A DNA stretch of 55,161 nucleotides, the filler included, from Sphacelaria rigidula (taxonomy: Eukaryota), in the NCBI GenBank assembly GCA_964200075.2. It is 6 parts of 6 records of this genome, joined end to end, with 100 filler letters (N's around TTAATTAATTAA, not from the genome) between each part and the next. Parts side by side here need not be neighbours in the genome. Positions count along the whole stretch, not along the records: positions 1 to 9,111 come from CAXNAA020009275.1; positions 9,212 to 18,322 come from CAXNAA020009276.1; 4 more parts are not named here. One strand, given 5' to 3'. Under the pieces are notes generated by a model. That model saw only the letters and a program-made list of their open reading frames with translations, was not told where the DNA came from and made no database searches. Made by a program: the position numbers and the translations under genes. Shown here piece by piece: positions 1 to 12,500 of this stretch. How positions within the stretch are numbered: the first letter of the stretch is position 1; each line of letters opens with the position of its first letter.

Positions 1-229
1 TCTTCCGGCGAAGTTGGAGTTGCGGTGGTTTTTTACGCGTCCACTCATTGTTGATCAAGTAGGAGGTGTAGTGGGATGACGGTGTTGGAGTGGTTGTGTA
101 GTGGTTTGACAAAATTGTGAGGTGATGTGGTTGGGCTCTCATGAAACAATTTTTTTCACCTTGATCGAGACGTGCGTACTGTTGAGGGTTGAAGATATCT
201 GCTCAACAGATGTTCATCCGTGATACCTG

Positions 230-765
230 TTATTTCCCAAATTCACTCACTGCCTTGAGTAGATGTTGATGTACGATCTTATTACAGAATTTGGTCAGGA
301 TATCAGCGAGCTGGTGTCCGGAGCGTACGTGGTTGATCTTCAGCTGTCCCGTCCTAGTCATGTATTTTAACTTGAAGAACCTAATCGCCAGGTGTTTGGA
401 GCTTGAACTGTAGTTCGCGTTTGACGAAAGGTGTAGTGCTCCTTGAGAATCCGAGTGTATGGTTGCATGTTCCATGGATGACCATCCAAGCTCTCGAGGA
501 GGTTCAAGAGATACGTCCCGAATTTTCCGCGCTTTGATAGAGCGATTAGTTCTGCCTCTGTTGTTGAAGTAGCCGTGATCCGTTGTAGACTCGAGGAGAA
601 ATGAACAGGTTCTCCCGCCAGGAAGAACATTGTGCCTGTGGTTGATCTCAGCGTGCCCTGCATGCCACTGATTCCATATGATGCATCGCAATACCCTATT
701 AAATTCAACTTCTTGTCGGAGGTTGAGTAAGTAAGGGGAAGCTCAGGTTTTCTTTTGAAGTAGTC
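230..765 (-). mobile_element. Ty1/Copia pol remnant: RT C-terminus and RNase H, frameshifted
   Basis: Two overlapping minus frames give IGYCDASYG...RSTTGTMFFLAG...ATSTTEAELIAL and IHSDSQGALHLSSN...SKHLAIRFF...HQLADILTKF, the Copia RNase H motif series. Upstream boundary approximate. Confidence 0.92.
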
Positions 766-1680
766 CCTTCGACAGCAACAAGGGTCACGCGTTGGTGAGT
801 TTTAAGCGAGAGGTTGAGCGGTATGCTTTCATGTACGGATTCGGCGAGGGATTGTTCAGAGACCCTGCGATTTGTGTTGATTCTTTGAACGAGCAGCAGC
901 TACCATTCAGGATTGAGTGTGAGTTTGGACGACATCAAACGAGCGCGATTTGCGTACATTTTGTTGCTCAACACTGTAAAGGATGGAGTCGGTAGACACA
1001 CACACTTTTCCAGACACGATCACCTTCTATAGCATGGCGTGCTTTGGATGAACAGTTTTTCCGAAAACATCAGGCTCAAAGATGGACGTTTTGGCCGAGT
1101 TCAACAACCAAAAGCACAGTAAGGGCCAAGACACTGATGAATACTGGATCGGATTACAGTCGTTGCAGTCGCGTGCTAGGTCACTGGGATTGGAGATTGC
1201 TCAAGAGATTGTCGTGGACAAGTTTCTCCATTCCCTTCCCTCTGAGTGCACCACTGTACGCGATCAATTGCGGTTTGAACCGACCCTTCAGACGAATAAG
1301 ACACGAACCATTGTCAAAGATAGATACCTGTCGCTCAAGAAAGCAGGTGGTTCGCGTAGTACAGATTATAACAATGCCCTCTACACAGGCAACAAAGGTT
1401 CAACTCCCAAGGGTAAGAGTACAGGGGGTGGGAATAGGCCGCAAAAATCAGCGACAGCACATAGTACTAGCAATGGTCAGGGTAACGGCGGTACGACTGG
1501 AAATACTGGCGGCAGTAGTCCAACAAAACATGCAGAAAGTTGGAAGGAAGAATCTGACGTATTTCGAGTGTGGTGAGACCGGTCATTCCAAATCGGAAGG
1601 CCCGGAACGTATTTGTGAGGAATGTGGAGGCAAAGGACACTCCAAGCGGATTCATGAAGATGGTCGCGATGTGAACATCG

Positions 1681-1897
1681 TGTAATGCGTGAGAGAACCG
1701 CGTGATTAGAGGACCGAATCGGAATTTGAACACCCCTAGGGTTAGGGTTAGGGTTAAGGTTAGGGTTAGTGTTGGGGTTAGAGTCAGGGGCGTGGCACCT
1801 GCAGGGACTGACCCGATTGGTTTTGAAAAACGTCGTTCCTGAGGTATTTTGAACTACGGCGCCGTCCTCTAAGCACGCGGTCCTCTCACGCATTACA
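1681..1897. mobile_element. 217-bp non-autonomous TIR element (TG...CA ends, 34-bp TIR, 5-bp TSD CATCG) inserted in the Copia gag-PR region
   Basis: 1681-1714 tgtaatgcgtgagagaaccgcgtgattagaggac is the reverse complement of 1864-1897 with 2 mismatches. CATCG at 1676-1680 and 1898-1902. Confidence 0.88.
1736..1789 (+). repeat. Interstitial telomere-like (TTAGGG)n, 9 degenerate units
   Basis: ctaggg ttaggg ttaggg ttaagg ttaggg ttagtg ttgggg ttagag tcaggg. Confidence 0.9.
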
Positions 1898-3633
1898 CAT
1901 CGGACAGTTTCAAGGAGTTCGCTGATTCTGGGTACGGTGCATCGGAGACTAAGGTTGGTAAACACGCGTCCGCCGCAGACAGTGTACAAGATGACCGCCC
2001 AATTTTAGATGAAGGGGGCAAGTAGGTTCGGGTAGGGGATAGCGGAGTGTCATGTCACATGGCTTCATCGAAGGAACGAATGGGTGATAACGAGCCTTGC
2101 ACGGGTGTGTCGGTCACTGTAGCGAACAGCCATAAAGTACCGATACCAGGTATTGGCCAACTATTGGTATCAACGGCTGGTGACGATGATCCACTAACTT
2201 TCAGTATCAACAGGGTGGCTCATGTCCCGGAGTTGGAGGTAAATCTGTTTTCCCTGCAGAGTGTGGCCGTGAAACATGATATGCCGATTAGTTAAACGAA
2301 GAGAGGGGCTGTGATTACTTTGCCTGATGAAAGGAAAGCGATTTTCAAAAAGGAAGGAATAATATCAAGCGATTCACTCGATTTTCACCATCAACCACCT
2401 CGATGGATCGTAAAGTTAACCACGATGAGTCTGCTGATGCTGTTCTCGCCCCTGGAAAAATGCAAATCAACCTCGATCAGGTAGACATCAATCTGTTTCA
2501 TCAGGCTCATGGCCAACTGCATGAGAGCTTGTTGCGGAAAACAGCGAAACAGCAGGGAGGGGGTCACTTTGGTGGAAAAGTTGGAGGAGTGCAAGGGGTG
2601 CTCCATGGCCGAGGGGCTGCGAAAGCCTTTCCGACTTCAACCAACACTAGAGCAGAGAAGCCGTTTGAGCGAGTGTTCATGGATGCGTCCGGATCAAAGT
2701 TAGTTGAAAGTACCCGTGGTATGAAGCATTCGTTTCTACTTCGGGATGAGTTTTAGCGGAAAATCTTGATGTATTTCGATAAACACAAGTCTGACACTAC
2801 GAGAAAATTCGAGCAGCACCTCGCAGATGTAGGTGCAAAGTGCGTTCCCTCAGTGGTGGAGAGTTTGCTGGGAAATTCAGCGACCTGCGTAGGACACGAG
2901 GTGTTAGACGCGAGTATGCCACAGCAGACAGTCCTGAGTACAATGGTTAAGCAGGCCGCTATGGCTGCACAAATCCAGGCGAAGAGACTGTACGATGTTG
3001 ATGTTCCGGCAAGGATGTGGGCTGAATCGTATGGTTGGGCAGCAGGCGAACTAAATCTCTCTGCTTTCACCCGGTGAGAAGTCCCCAGATGAACTGTTTT
3101 ATGGTGAAATACGCCGGGTTAAGCTTCTGCCTTTCTTCAAGCTAGGATACGTCAAGTATAAGAGGACGTCGAAGTGTATGCCCAGAGTACAGGAATGTTT
3201 TTACTTGGGACCTGGTTGCAACTACCCTCGTGACTCCATGAGAATGCAGACGAAGGGTAGGTATGTCATCATCACCCGAAACGTCACTTCGTGACGTATA
3301 CCCCCCTCAAGCTCGCAGACAGCGGTTCCGTTTTCTAGGTGGGGTGGGGAAATCTCGCGGAATGTAGAGAGCGGGGAGGGCGATGACGAGGACTCTGATT
3401 TAAAAGAATCAGACCTCGGAGTGGGGAGGGGGATTCACAGATGGTGCGGTGTCCGAGGAGCGTGAACGAGAGGGCAATGAGCGGTCGGGACCTGAGCAGG
3501 GACCACACAACGACGACGACAAGAACACAGTGAAGCAGCTGCCTGCGTCGCCTCCGTCATCGACATCGTCTGCATCATCATATTAGAATCTCAATGCGTT
3601 GAATCAAACCGTCGGGTGGAATCTACGATCTTG

Positions 3634-4250
3634 GTTTGCAGACGTCTGGTGGAATCTACAATCTCAATAACACCCCCCGGCTTGCAAGTACTAGATCTTG
3701 ACGGAACGGCGCAACCGTCCTTGCTCGCATGTGTGTGTGTGAGAGAAGAGTAGCGGTGACGGGAACATCGCCCTACTTTTCGACGACTTGTTCTGCTGCG
3801 CACATAGGCACGCCCTATCCAAGCAGAGAGGCAGAGAGGAATCGATCTCTGCATAGGTCAGCGCCCCAGAGAGGAGACGACAACCGCGATACTTGTCTCC
3901 GGGGCCGTGCTACGATAACACGCCTACCGACACGTGACAACTTGGACATGTGATGAAACCATGGTGTCACTCTCTCGAGCGATCGGGAATCGCCGAACGA
4001 GGACACACAAACGACACCGGTGGGGAGCTTCCTCTCCGCCCTTGCTCCTCTCTCTTATGATATCGTCATCGACACGCGACACCGCATCTGTTCGGTGCAC
4101 CTAGCCACACCTGCTTAATAACTGCTACACACTGATTTCGGGGGAACATGCCTTTCCTTGGTGTAACTATTTCGCACCGTTCCTGAGTATTAGGTATGCC
4201 ATTTCGAAGCTCATTTTGTGTTCAACCCCATTTTTGAGAATCGGTTGTTA
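3634..4250 (-). repeat. Dispersed coding-derived repeat family X, copy A
   Basis: Aligns by eye with 23720-24340 (same orientation) and 25380-25960 (inverted). Shared minus-strand peptides ILKNGV, HRT(D/N)AV..RVDD, PIARE, (K/E)ID(F/S)SLPL. Confidence 0.8.
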
Positions 4251-5331
4251 TATGTGGTAATCTTCACAACGCAACTAAATCTAGCAACGCCATGGAACGA
4301 GACACGGACGGCATGAGTTCTGTATACCCCTGTGCTGAGGCGGTATACCATGCAGTGAGGTCGTATGTAGTCGACGGGAACGAACGAGCTGTGTATAGGC
4401 TGCTAATCTCCGTCATGGAGAACTGCGAAGAACGTGTAGGGGAGTATGCGGCGGCAGCTGCTGCTGCTTCAATCGGAGAGGCGTACTGTGCTGTGTCAAG
4501 AATTGCATGTTACACAGCATGAGTGAGTCAATGTTCAGTAGCGTGCAGCTCTAGAACATGGAGGTTCGTCCAGTCAGAAAAGCAGACGTGATCATATGCA
4601 GCACAATAGGAAACTATTGGAATAATTTGGCGGTACAACAGGAGATGATCGGATTCATTGTACAGCTGTCGAGAATGTCGTGTCGCGAAGGGTGTTCTGG
4701 AAGGATACCATTGACTAGTGGTAGCAGGTCAGTGAAGAACTCGCCAGATGTATAGACGTGGCGGTTGGATACGTGTTTTAGATGGACAGGGCATGCAGCA
4801 GTAGAGCTCTCGAGAAAGTTTCTTGATATGTAGGAAAATCTATCGTTGTTCGAAAAGGCAGCAAAGTAGTGCAGCGATCTGCATTGTGACCACCCCACAT
4901 GCTCCCACTCTCCTCCGCAATTTTTCTTCACTTCTCTCCTCCAATTTTCCCTGTGTGGGACGCTCTGTCTGTTTGATTGGGATATACTACATGGATAAGT
5001 AATAATAAATATATATTCGTGTTAAGACACCTGCGGTGTTGACTCCTGAGACAAGGTCAGCATAAAGCTGCCTGCGCCAACCTCTGCATTCACCTGCCAG
5101 GAGGAATACAACGGTCTCAACCACCGCCATATTCCCCAACAGCTTCATGAGCCCCCATTTTGCGAGGGGCAAATATCAAGAGCTTTCAAAGGACAGCTTG
5201 TTGCGGAGACGTCTTCGATCAGTTCTATAGAGTTGTACGGAGAAGCTGGATACCTTGGACAACGCAGACACTACAAGTGAGTTGAGTCAACCGCAGATTG
5301 TACCCTACGCATCTGGAGTCAAGGCGGCACG

Positions 5332-5775
5332 CTATACAAGCTGCAGTGAAAACCCGTGCGTGCAGGAAGGCGGCACAATCAGGGAATTTGCACTTACGCG
5401 TCGGGCATCGATAAGCTTCGAAACGTACAGCCTCGCGTAGTTCATTTTCCCTGCGGACGAAACCTGCACCAGCTGCAGTCTTTACGAGCTTTAGTGAAAC
5501 CCTGTGCGCGCAGGAAGGCGGCACAATCAGGGAATTCGCACTTACGCCTCAAGTATCGGTAAGCCTTGAAACGCACAGCCTTGCGTAGTTCATCTTCCCT
5601 AGGGACGAAACCTGCACGAGCTGCAGTCTGTACGAGCTGCAGTGAAAACCAGTGCGCGCAGGAAGGCGGCACTGTCGTGGAATTCGTACTTACGCGTCGA
5701 GTATCGGTAAGCCTTCAAACGTACAGCCTTGCGTAGTTCATTTTCCCTGCGGACGAAACCTGCACCAGCTGCAGC
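5332..5775. repeat. Tandem repeat, 3 x 148 bp
   Basis: Anchor agtgaaa at 5345, 5493 and 5641 (period 148). Units align end to end (caggaaggcggcac...gcgtagttcat.ttccct..ggacgaaacctgcac.agctgcag). Confidence 0.92.
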
Positions 5776-5884
5776 ATCATATTGAAACCATCCCGTCACG
5801 ACTGGTGATATCGCATATCACTGCATCTTCATATCGCGTCAACATCGGACGGCACGGACAGTAGTGACCCGAGCGTATGATGCT

Positions 5885-6243
5885 TGTTGAAGGTATACCG
5901 GATTTTGAGACGGGAAGGTATGATGTAATGACTGAATGTATGAGATATGAGGGGATGCACGGTGCATGTGTGCCCACAAGCCGCACTTCACTATTTGCAT
6001 ACTGCATATCTACATCGGTGATGTGAGCGCAGCTCGGGTAGAGTTTGCACAGTTGATGTTGGGTAAGTGAAGGGTATAAGAGATTAATAAGATTAGTTAC
6101 TACACATTCCCGTCTGTCCAGAGCACGTCATTTGAGGAACATCATTGATTCCATTACGCTAGCGAGTTGAAGAGGTTGGATCACAGCCAGGTGTAGCGGG
6201 GGGAATAGTTCTTGAAGGAGGGTCATGCAGTTATCGTTCAACA
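5885..6243 (+). mobile_element. Candidate LTR (359 bp) upstream of the second Copia gag
   Basis: Begins TGTTGAA and ends TTCAACA (perfect 7-bp terminal inverted repeat), ~330 bp before the gag ORF. No TSD and no partner LTR in the contig. Confidence 0.45.
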
Positions 6244-6571
6244 CAGTTCACGCGCAGAGTGTTTTAGTGTCGTCGAGCACGAGAGGAGACTTTGAAGCAG
6301 GAGTTTGAGAGAGTCACGCAGTTATAGTCTAACCCAGTTAAGCAGAACAGGAGCAGAAATTGCGCGTTTAGCGTTTCAGTTCAGTAAAGCACATCGCAAG
6401 AAAGATTCGTGAAACAGACATCGTACGGTCGAAGCATTCTTCCGGCTGAGTACCCAGAAGGGAATCAAATCTGCTTCATCAGGGGATGGAATAAACGTTT
6501 GAGCATAGTATTTACGTACAGATCGATAACCAGAAGCAAAAAGCTGAAGATATGATCATTACAGTCAAGCA

Positions 6572-9111
6572 ATGACTACCACAAAGGAAGTGAGTACGGA
6601 AGAAACGTTAGCGGAGAAGTTGCGGCTCATGGAAGTAAAGCAGGCAGAGCTCATGGAGGCTGCAAAATGTGACTCTATTGCAGAGTATAAGAGAGAAAGA
6701 AGCATGCATTTAGGTACAGGTGCGCAGGGTAACCCGGTGCAGACTAGTACAGTAAACAGAGATAATCGAAATAACCCACGACTTTTTCCAAGTTTAGACA
6801 AAATGATTACATGGAAGAGCAACGTGCCCACATTGTACGAGTACGCAACAACACCAGCATTCATCCATGGGACGGATCGTTGAAGACAGGGGAGAGCCTT
6901 GAGTCAAAGTTTGTGGTGTTTCACGTGCAGATGTGCGGGTATTTCCGTAACGAGAGATGTCATGATGCTCTTTTTGTGCAGGTAGCTATCCGTGTGTTGC
7001 ATGAGACGGAAGAGGGGTTGAAAAGATTGCACGGATACCAAGCAGTACAAAAGGCTCAACGAGCTTATGATATTATCTTGAAGATTACCGCACCTCATAT
7101 CAAAGAACGTCTGGCCATACTCGGTTCACCTAGTGAAGCATGGGACTATTTTGTTCTGTACTTTACCGTTTCTCCCACTGCTGAGAAAGCTCGCCTGAAA
7201 CAGGAGTAGGACAAGCCTACAAATATCGCCTGGAGGGTCGCCATTAGTTTTTCTCAGCAGGGCAAACCTGAATATACACAAGAGACATCAGTACGGTACG
7301 GTAATTTCGGAATTCGATGCCAACAGGCACTATGCACGTAGAGCATCTTCAAAGTACGAGATCCAGCGTGGTATGCTTCTTGCGATGTCCGACATAGACG
7401 CGGGAACCCCACACCCTACAGTGAAGACAGCTCATGCTGAGTTAGAACTATCTAAGAGCAGGGTAGGTTCACCAAGTAACCATGCTCTTTCCGCCGCAGT
7501 TCATGATGCTTCCCACAGTGACGTATCGGCCGGGCGACGTGGAAGTCGGGGGGGGGGGGGCAGAAGACGACACGCAGATGAGCACAGTACCGATCACCAA
7601 CAACGCCCTGACCAGCATTTCATAATCCGACAATCCGATAACAACCAACAGTGCTCTTCGCGTTAACACGACCACTGCCGGGCGTGCGGTTCGGACCGAA
7701 GTGAGCATCATACCTCACACCGACAACCCACAACTTCCTCGCCCTCACGCCGCTACCATGATTTGTCTCACCATGACGGTTTTCCGAGATACAACTCCTA
7801 TACGGGTGGCCACTGGGGTGCCTGTAACCTCGAACTTGGATGTCGCAGACGTTGTACAACGTATGTAACGTCCGAATTTTAGGTTACAGGCACCCCGGTG
7901 GCCACCCGTGTATTCATCCCCACGCCGATCCTTCCACAACTGAAAGCACAATTCTAACCCCCAATCCTCATCATACAACCAACGCAACTGCAATGAGTGT
8001 TATGATCGAGGTATTGATTCCCATGCACGAGGTGATGGGCGGAGAAATGTCGATCGCCGATGAGGGAATCGAGATCTCAACCCAGAACATCTTTCCGCAC
8101 GTCACGGGGGAAATCACCCCCTCGTGATTACTCCTCCAGCAGCTCCCACTGTCATGCGAATTTTGTGCAGCGATCCGAGGATTCCGTCACTAATGACAAC
8201 CTCGTCTCACGAGACGGCAACCTCTGATAACGCAGGATTCGCCCATTCCGGACAGCTCCCGCTTCCATTCCATGCCGACCAACAACTACAGCTCCCGCCT
8301 TCACATCATTCCCATCCCCAGCAGCAGCCATCCCAATATCATGCCTACTACCAGCAGCCGCAACCCCCGTTGAAATGCTATCAACCGCACCAGCAACAGC
8401 AGCAGCAACAACCTTATGACTACTCTCCTCAACAGAACACCTCACACCAACAACACCACCAAGCTGCAGCCCCCCCTTCGACTTCAGCCCCTCCTGCCGA
8501 TACGTCACAACAGTCGAAACACCCACAACTGTTTACGGCGCGTTCCATGTGCGATGGCGAGTCCCATTTTCGGCTTGGTAGTCTTGGTTTGCGTAGGTAT
8601 GATGTGCTACATAATAGGGCTGCATCGAGCAGGGGTGATGGTGCAGAGAAATGGGTTGCGGATACAGGTTCTACATACCACATCACTGGGAATGTGGATG
8701 GCGTTTTTTATTCACCACCCCTTCCTCAGGGCACCGAGAACGTCACGAAGGGTGGCGAAATCAGACTCCCAGTCAAGGCGGTAGGTAGTCTAAATTTCAA
8801 GATTTCACATGAGATCTTCGGATCTTCATGTCCCCTACAGACTTTTCTGTACAGTTGACCGATGTCTATGTCGTAGAAGGTATCAAGTTCAATATTTTCT
8901 CCCTTCATCACATGCATAAGCGACAAGATACCGCTCTAAATTCGACGGGGGTGCATTAATTGAAAGGAAGATCACGTTTTGACCGCACATCGCGATATGC
9001 ATCACAGTTGGCGACGCGTCTTCCCCCTACTACCATACATGACACGACATGACACGACAGGATGGAAATTGAACAATCCCATGGTTTCCCCCCGGAAACA
9101 CAATTTATTTA
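6572..9111 (+). mobile_element. Decayed Ty1/Copia gag-protease region (second family), truncated by contig end
   Basis: gag-like ORFs 6572-7209 (SPSEAWDYFVLYF..EKARLKQE), Q/H/P-rich linker, then Copia protease motif EKWVADTGSTYHITG (~8647-8690). Homologous to 26860-27450. Confidence 0.8.
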
Positions 9112-9211
9112 NNNNNNNNNNNNNNNNNNNNNNNNNNNNNNNNNNNNNNNNNNNNTTAATTAATTAANNNNNNNNNNNNNNNNNNNNNNNNNNNNNNNNN
9201 NNNNNNNNNNN
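9112..9211. other. Artificial contig linker (N run - TTAATTAATTAA - N run, 100 bp)
   Basis: N runs with a central six-frame stop oligomer. Confidence 0.97.
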
Positions 9212-9597
9212 CGGCCCAATTCGTTTCCGGTGATGAGATATTGCTCTGCCAGGTTAAATCCGTTTCTGGGCTGGCCCAGCTCGTATGAGAGTATAAGGTT
9301 TGTGATGCAGCGTGCATTTCAGGCACGAATTGCCGTTGAAAATCCATGCACTGCTGCGTACAGCAGTTTGCGTTCTGACATCAACATGCCAACCCCGACA
9401 CGCTAGTACTGCACCCTGCTATTTATTCGCATGCGATGCCCTCTACCCTCATCACCCTCTACGCTCGATGTTTCCTCTGTTCCTTCCGCTCCACGCTCAC
9501 GCCGACGCCGACGAAGAACCAGCTGGAAGCTGGAAGTGGGTAGGCGCAGGCAGCAACCGAGTACGGCCGATCCCCTCCAACGTCGAACGCGAAAAAA

Positions 9598-12500
9598 ATG
9601 ACAAAAAATGCTGTGCTTGCCGCCTGCGCTACCATAGTCGTGGCCACCGTAGTGGGCGCAGCGGCCGTTAACTTAGCAGCTGTACCAGCCGCGGGAGCAC
9701 GGTCGACGCCCGACTTGGTCACGGAATTTAACAAGTGGATTAATGGCTTTCTTTTCTCGGAGGCGATTTTCGAATGGGCAGGGGAGAAACTGGGGCCTAA
9801 GCTGGCGCACTACTTTTTAACGTGGATCCGGAATTTCATCGCGGGGTCGTTGCTATACTACTTTACGGCGGCCTGCTGGCACTGGTGAGGGGAATGAGCG
9901 GGAACGCAGCCATGTCAATTTCGGAGCGTCATCTTCGACGTAGATAACCGTGGCGGTACCCAGACCCCAGGAGGCCTTTTCAACTCTGGTTTTACTCGCT
10001 CTTCTTTCAGATCCGTGTTCTATGTCGAATAAGATGGGGTCATGTTTGTATTTTCTGTACTGCACTGTACCGTCTGTAGCCATGTTGACGTACGGTCGTA
10101 AATCTAAGGTGGACCCTTCCTATTGTGGCGTACAAAATGACGCGTTATTCCCCCTAGGAAGGCTCAGCGTTTTGCTTTTGGTTCAATGCCTATTCGGAGG
10201 GAGGATGGCGCGTTTCTGCGCTGTTGAGACAACACTGTTGCATCTCGCCGTTGTTGTGACAGGGCTATCTACTGTCGAATGGGCGACAAACTGTTCGCCG
10301 ACGGCAGGATGCCATCAAGAGCAATCATCTTCGACCAAATCCAGCTTGCTCAGCTCAGCACGACAGTTTACGCCATGCTGCCCGTTCTAGGCGAATTCTT
10401 CATTGAAGAGGGATACACAAGGTACGCCCATAAATACGTTTGAAACGTCTGCATCACACAGCGTCGTCCGTAGAGCAAGAACCGTGAACGCAGTGAACAG
10501 TTTTTCTAGTCACTGCACCCATTGGCGCTGGCTACGGTCGAAACAGGTACAATGATTTGCATTCATAGCAAGAAGTGTTCCACAATATCCACCACTTCAG
10601 TGGGCTGTAACCGACGGACATCGCGCAGCTACAATGTCAGTGCGATGTTTGTGGAGCCACTTTGTGTGCGATGAAGACGATGTATCCCGGTCATTTTGAC
10701 CATCTGCGCTCTCGCATTGGTCGCAGTACCGATCACGGATCGTTGTGCTAAGTCACCTGAGGTGAGGGTTCAAATACGGTTCCGAAACCACCGAAGTTAC
10801 CATTACCTGGGGTATTGAGTATTCACGACTAAGGGTTGGAACGTCGGCGTTAATTTTGGTGGTCCGGCGCGTCGTCTCTGGTTAAATCATCAAAAACGCG
10901 GGGGCTGTCGTTGAGTGAGTGCTATTGGTGAGTTCGTAGAGCCACGGATATTGAAGGAAAAAAAAAACGAGTCTTTGCCTGAGAGCAAATGCAGCTGTCT
11001 AGAGCCGCAGCTGCCCTAGGAGGCGACTGGAGGTCATTGCAGCACAAAGTTGTGCGATCGTTGCGGTTCTTAGTGCCCACGAGATAATCTTCTATCCGCT
11101 TCGTATTCTCCCGTCATATCCGCATTTTTCGTGTGGGTGTATGCATACTCACAAGGAACATTCTCATTGCTGGCCTGTCGTATTGATTATATGCTACTCT
11201 GGGTTCAACCGAAGGCTTTCACACGCCCAACGTTCAACGAAAGATTGTGGGCTCGAAGTCGTCGAATGAATCGTCGTCATTTATCGCAATTAGTCGTAGG
11301 GGCCGACTCTTCACCGTCCCTCATTTTCCGAATCTAGCGCAGACTGGAGTTCCAGCAGTGGCTCGGTACTAGAGTGTGCAGAAGAAACGTTCTGTTGAGA
11401 GTAACCCCAACAATTTTTGCCAGTTCAGATACCCGAGGGGGAAAGTACGTTCGAAATATCCGAGTTCAATGTCATATAATTATTAGCTGACTGCATGCCT
11501 CCACTTTTCTGTCGTTCAGTGACGTGGGTACCCTTGAGCGAACGGCAGGTACCCCATGTTCGTTTGAGGACGCATGTGCAAACGGTCAGTTCGTACAACA
11601 CCCGATACGAGCTGGGCCAGCCGGAAAATGTACAGACGCATATAACACATCTACTTCTCAAGTTTCCCAAATCAGCGCGACCTCGGCAAATCGCTGTGAA
11701 CTACAGACCAATTTGGTAACATAACTCCGCCGCTGGTCGATTGGCTCAGTGTAGGCGATGACGTTATGTTGCCGCATTGAGAACCGGGTGCATCTCAGAT
11801 CGTGGCGTGAGAGCGTGTTCTGAGTTTTATTTTTAGGAAACGCGGGCGGAATTATAGGAAACGCGGCGGAATTATGTATGATGAGTTTGAGACGCACAGT
11901 CAAGAGTGTACTGGAAATGCTGCGGGATGGCATCAAGCTCTTCAGCAGCTCCATCATGGGAGAGGACTTCCGAGCCCCTCGTCACATACAACGCGCACAG
12001 GCACAGTCATCCAACTAGGACTGGGCTGTAACGTATTCCCTCCATCAAATCTCCCATAGTGATCTTTTTTCTCCCAGTCGAGAAAAAAAAATCCGCCAAA
12101 TAATGGGAAGAAAAATCGTCGTGTCTTCGAACTCGTGACCTGCGCAATGGGAGACTCGTGTAATACTTGGACGACCGGGGCGCAGCGTGTTCACCCCAAA
12201 AAGTGTAAAGACTGGGCCCAATTTTCAGGAGTTTTCCGCTGAAATTTTACCAGGATCTCCTGCGCGCAAGTGTGTACAACATTTACGGGGATGCCGCCAT
12301 TTTCCGTATTTTCCACGGAATTCGGACATTGTTTTTCCAGTTTTTCGCTGAAATATCTAATCGCTCTACTTTCCGGTTTTTTTGTTGTTGTTGGCATCCC
12401 GAGAAATATTGCGCGTGTTGATGAAAATGCCGTGTTCAATATCCAGCGTCTAACTCCTCAGATTGAGCACCGCCTAAACCGATTACCGACAAGAGACACT

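Larger units (their letters stand above)
780..3590 (+). mobile_element. Decayed Ty1/Copia gag-protease-integrase region
   Basis: In order: gag-like ORF 1082-1576 (VVDKFLHSLPSEC), degenerate Zn knuckles (ECGETGH..CEECGGKGH, ~1565-1655), protease GDSGVSCHM (~2035), HHCC region (FHQAHGQLH...CKGC), integrase core (PFERVFMDASG..FLLRDEF; MWAESYGWAA; SPDELFYG) and downstream ECFYLGP..IITRNVT. Many stops and frameshifts. PR-IN order is Copia-type. Boundaries approximate. Confidence 0.9.

Noticed and set aside
5332..5775. CRISPR-like array
   Set aside because: Units are homologous along their full length with no unique spacers, there are no cas genes, and the context is eukaryotic.
9156..9167. TTAATTAATTAA palindrome and ORFs running through N runs
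   Set aside because: Assembly linker, not biological. The same applies at all five gaps.
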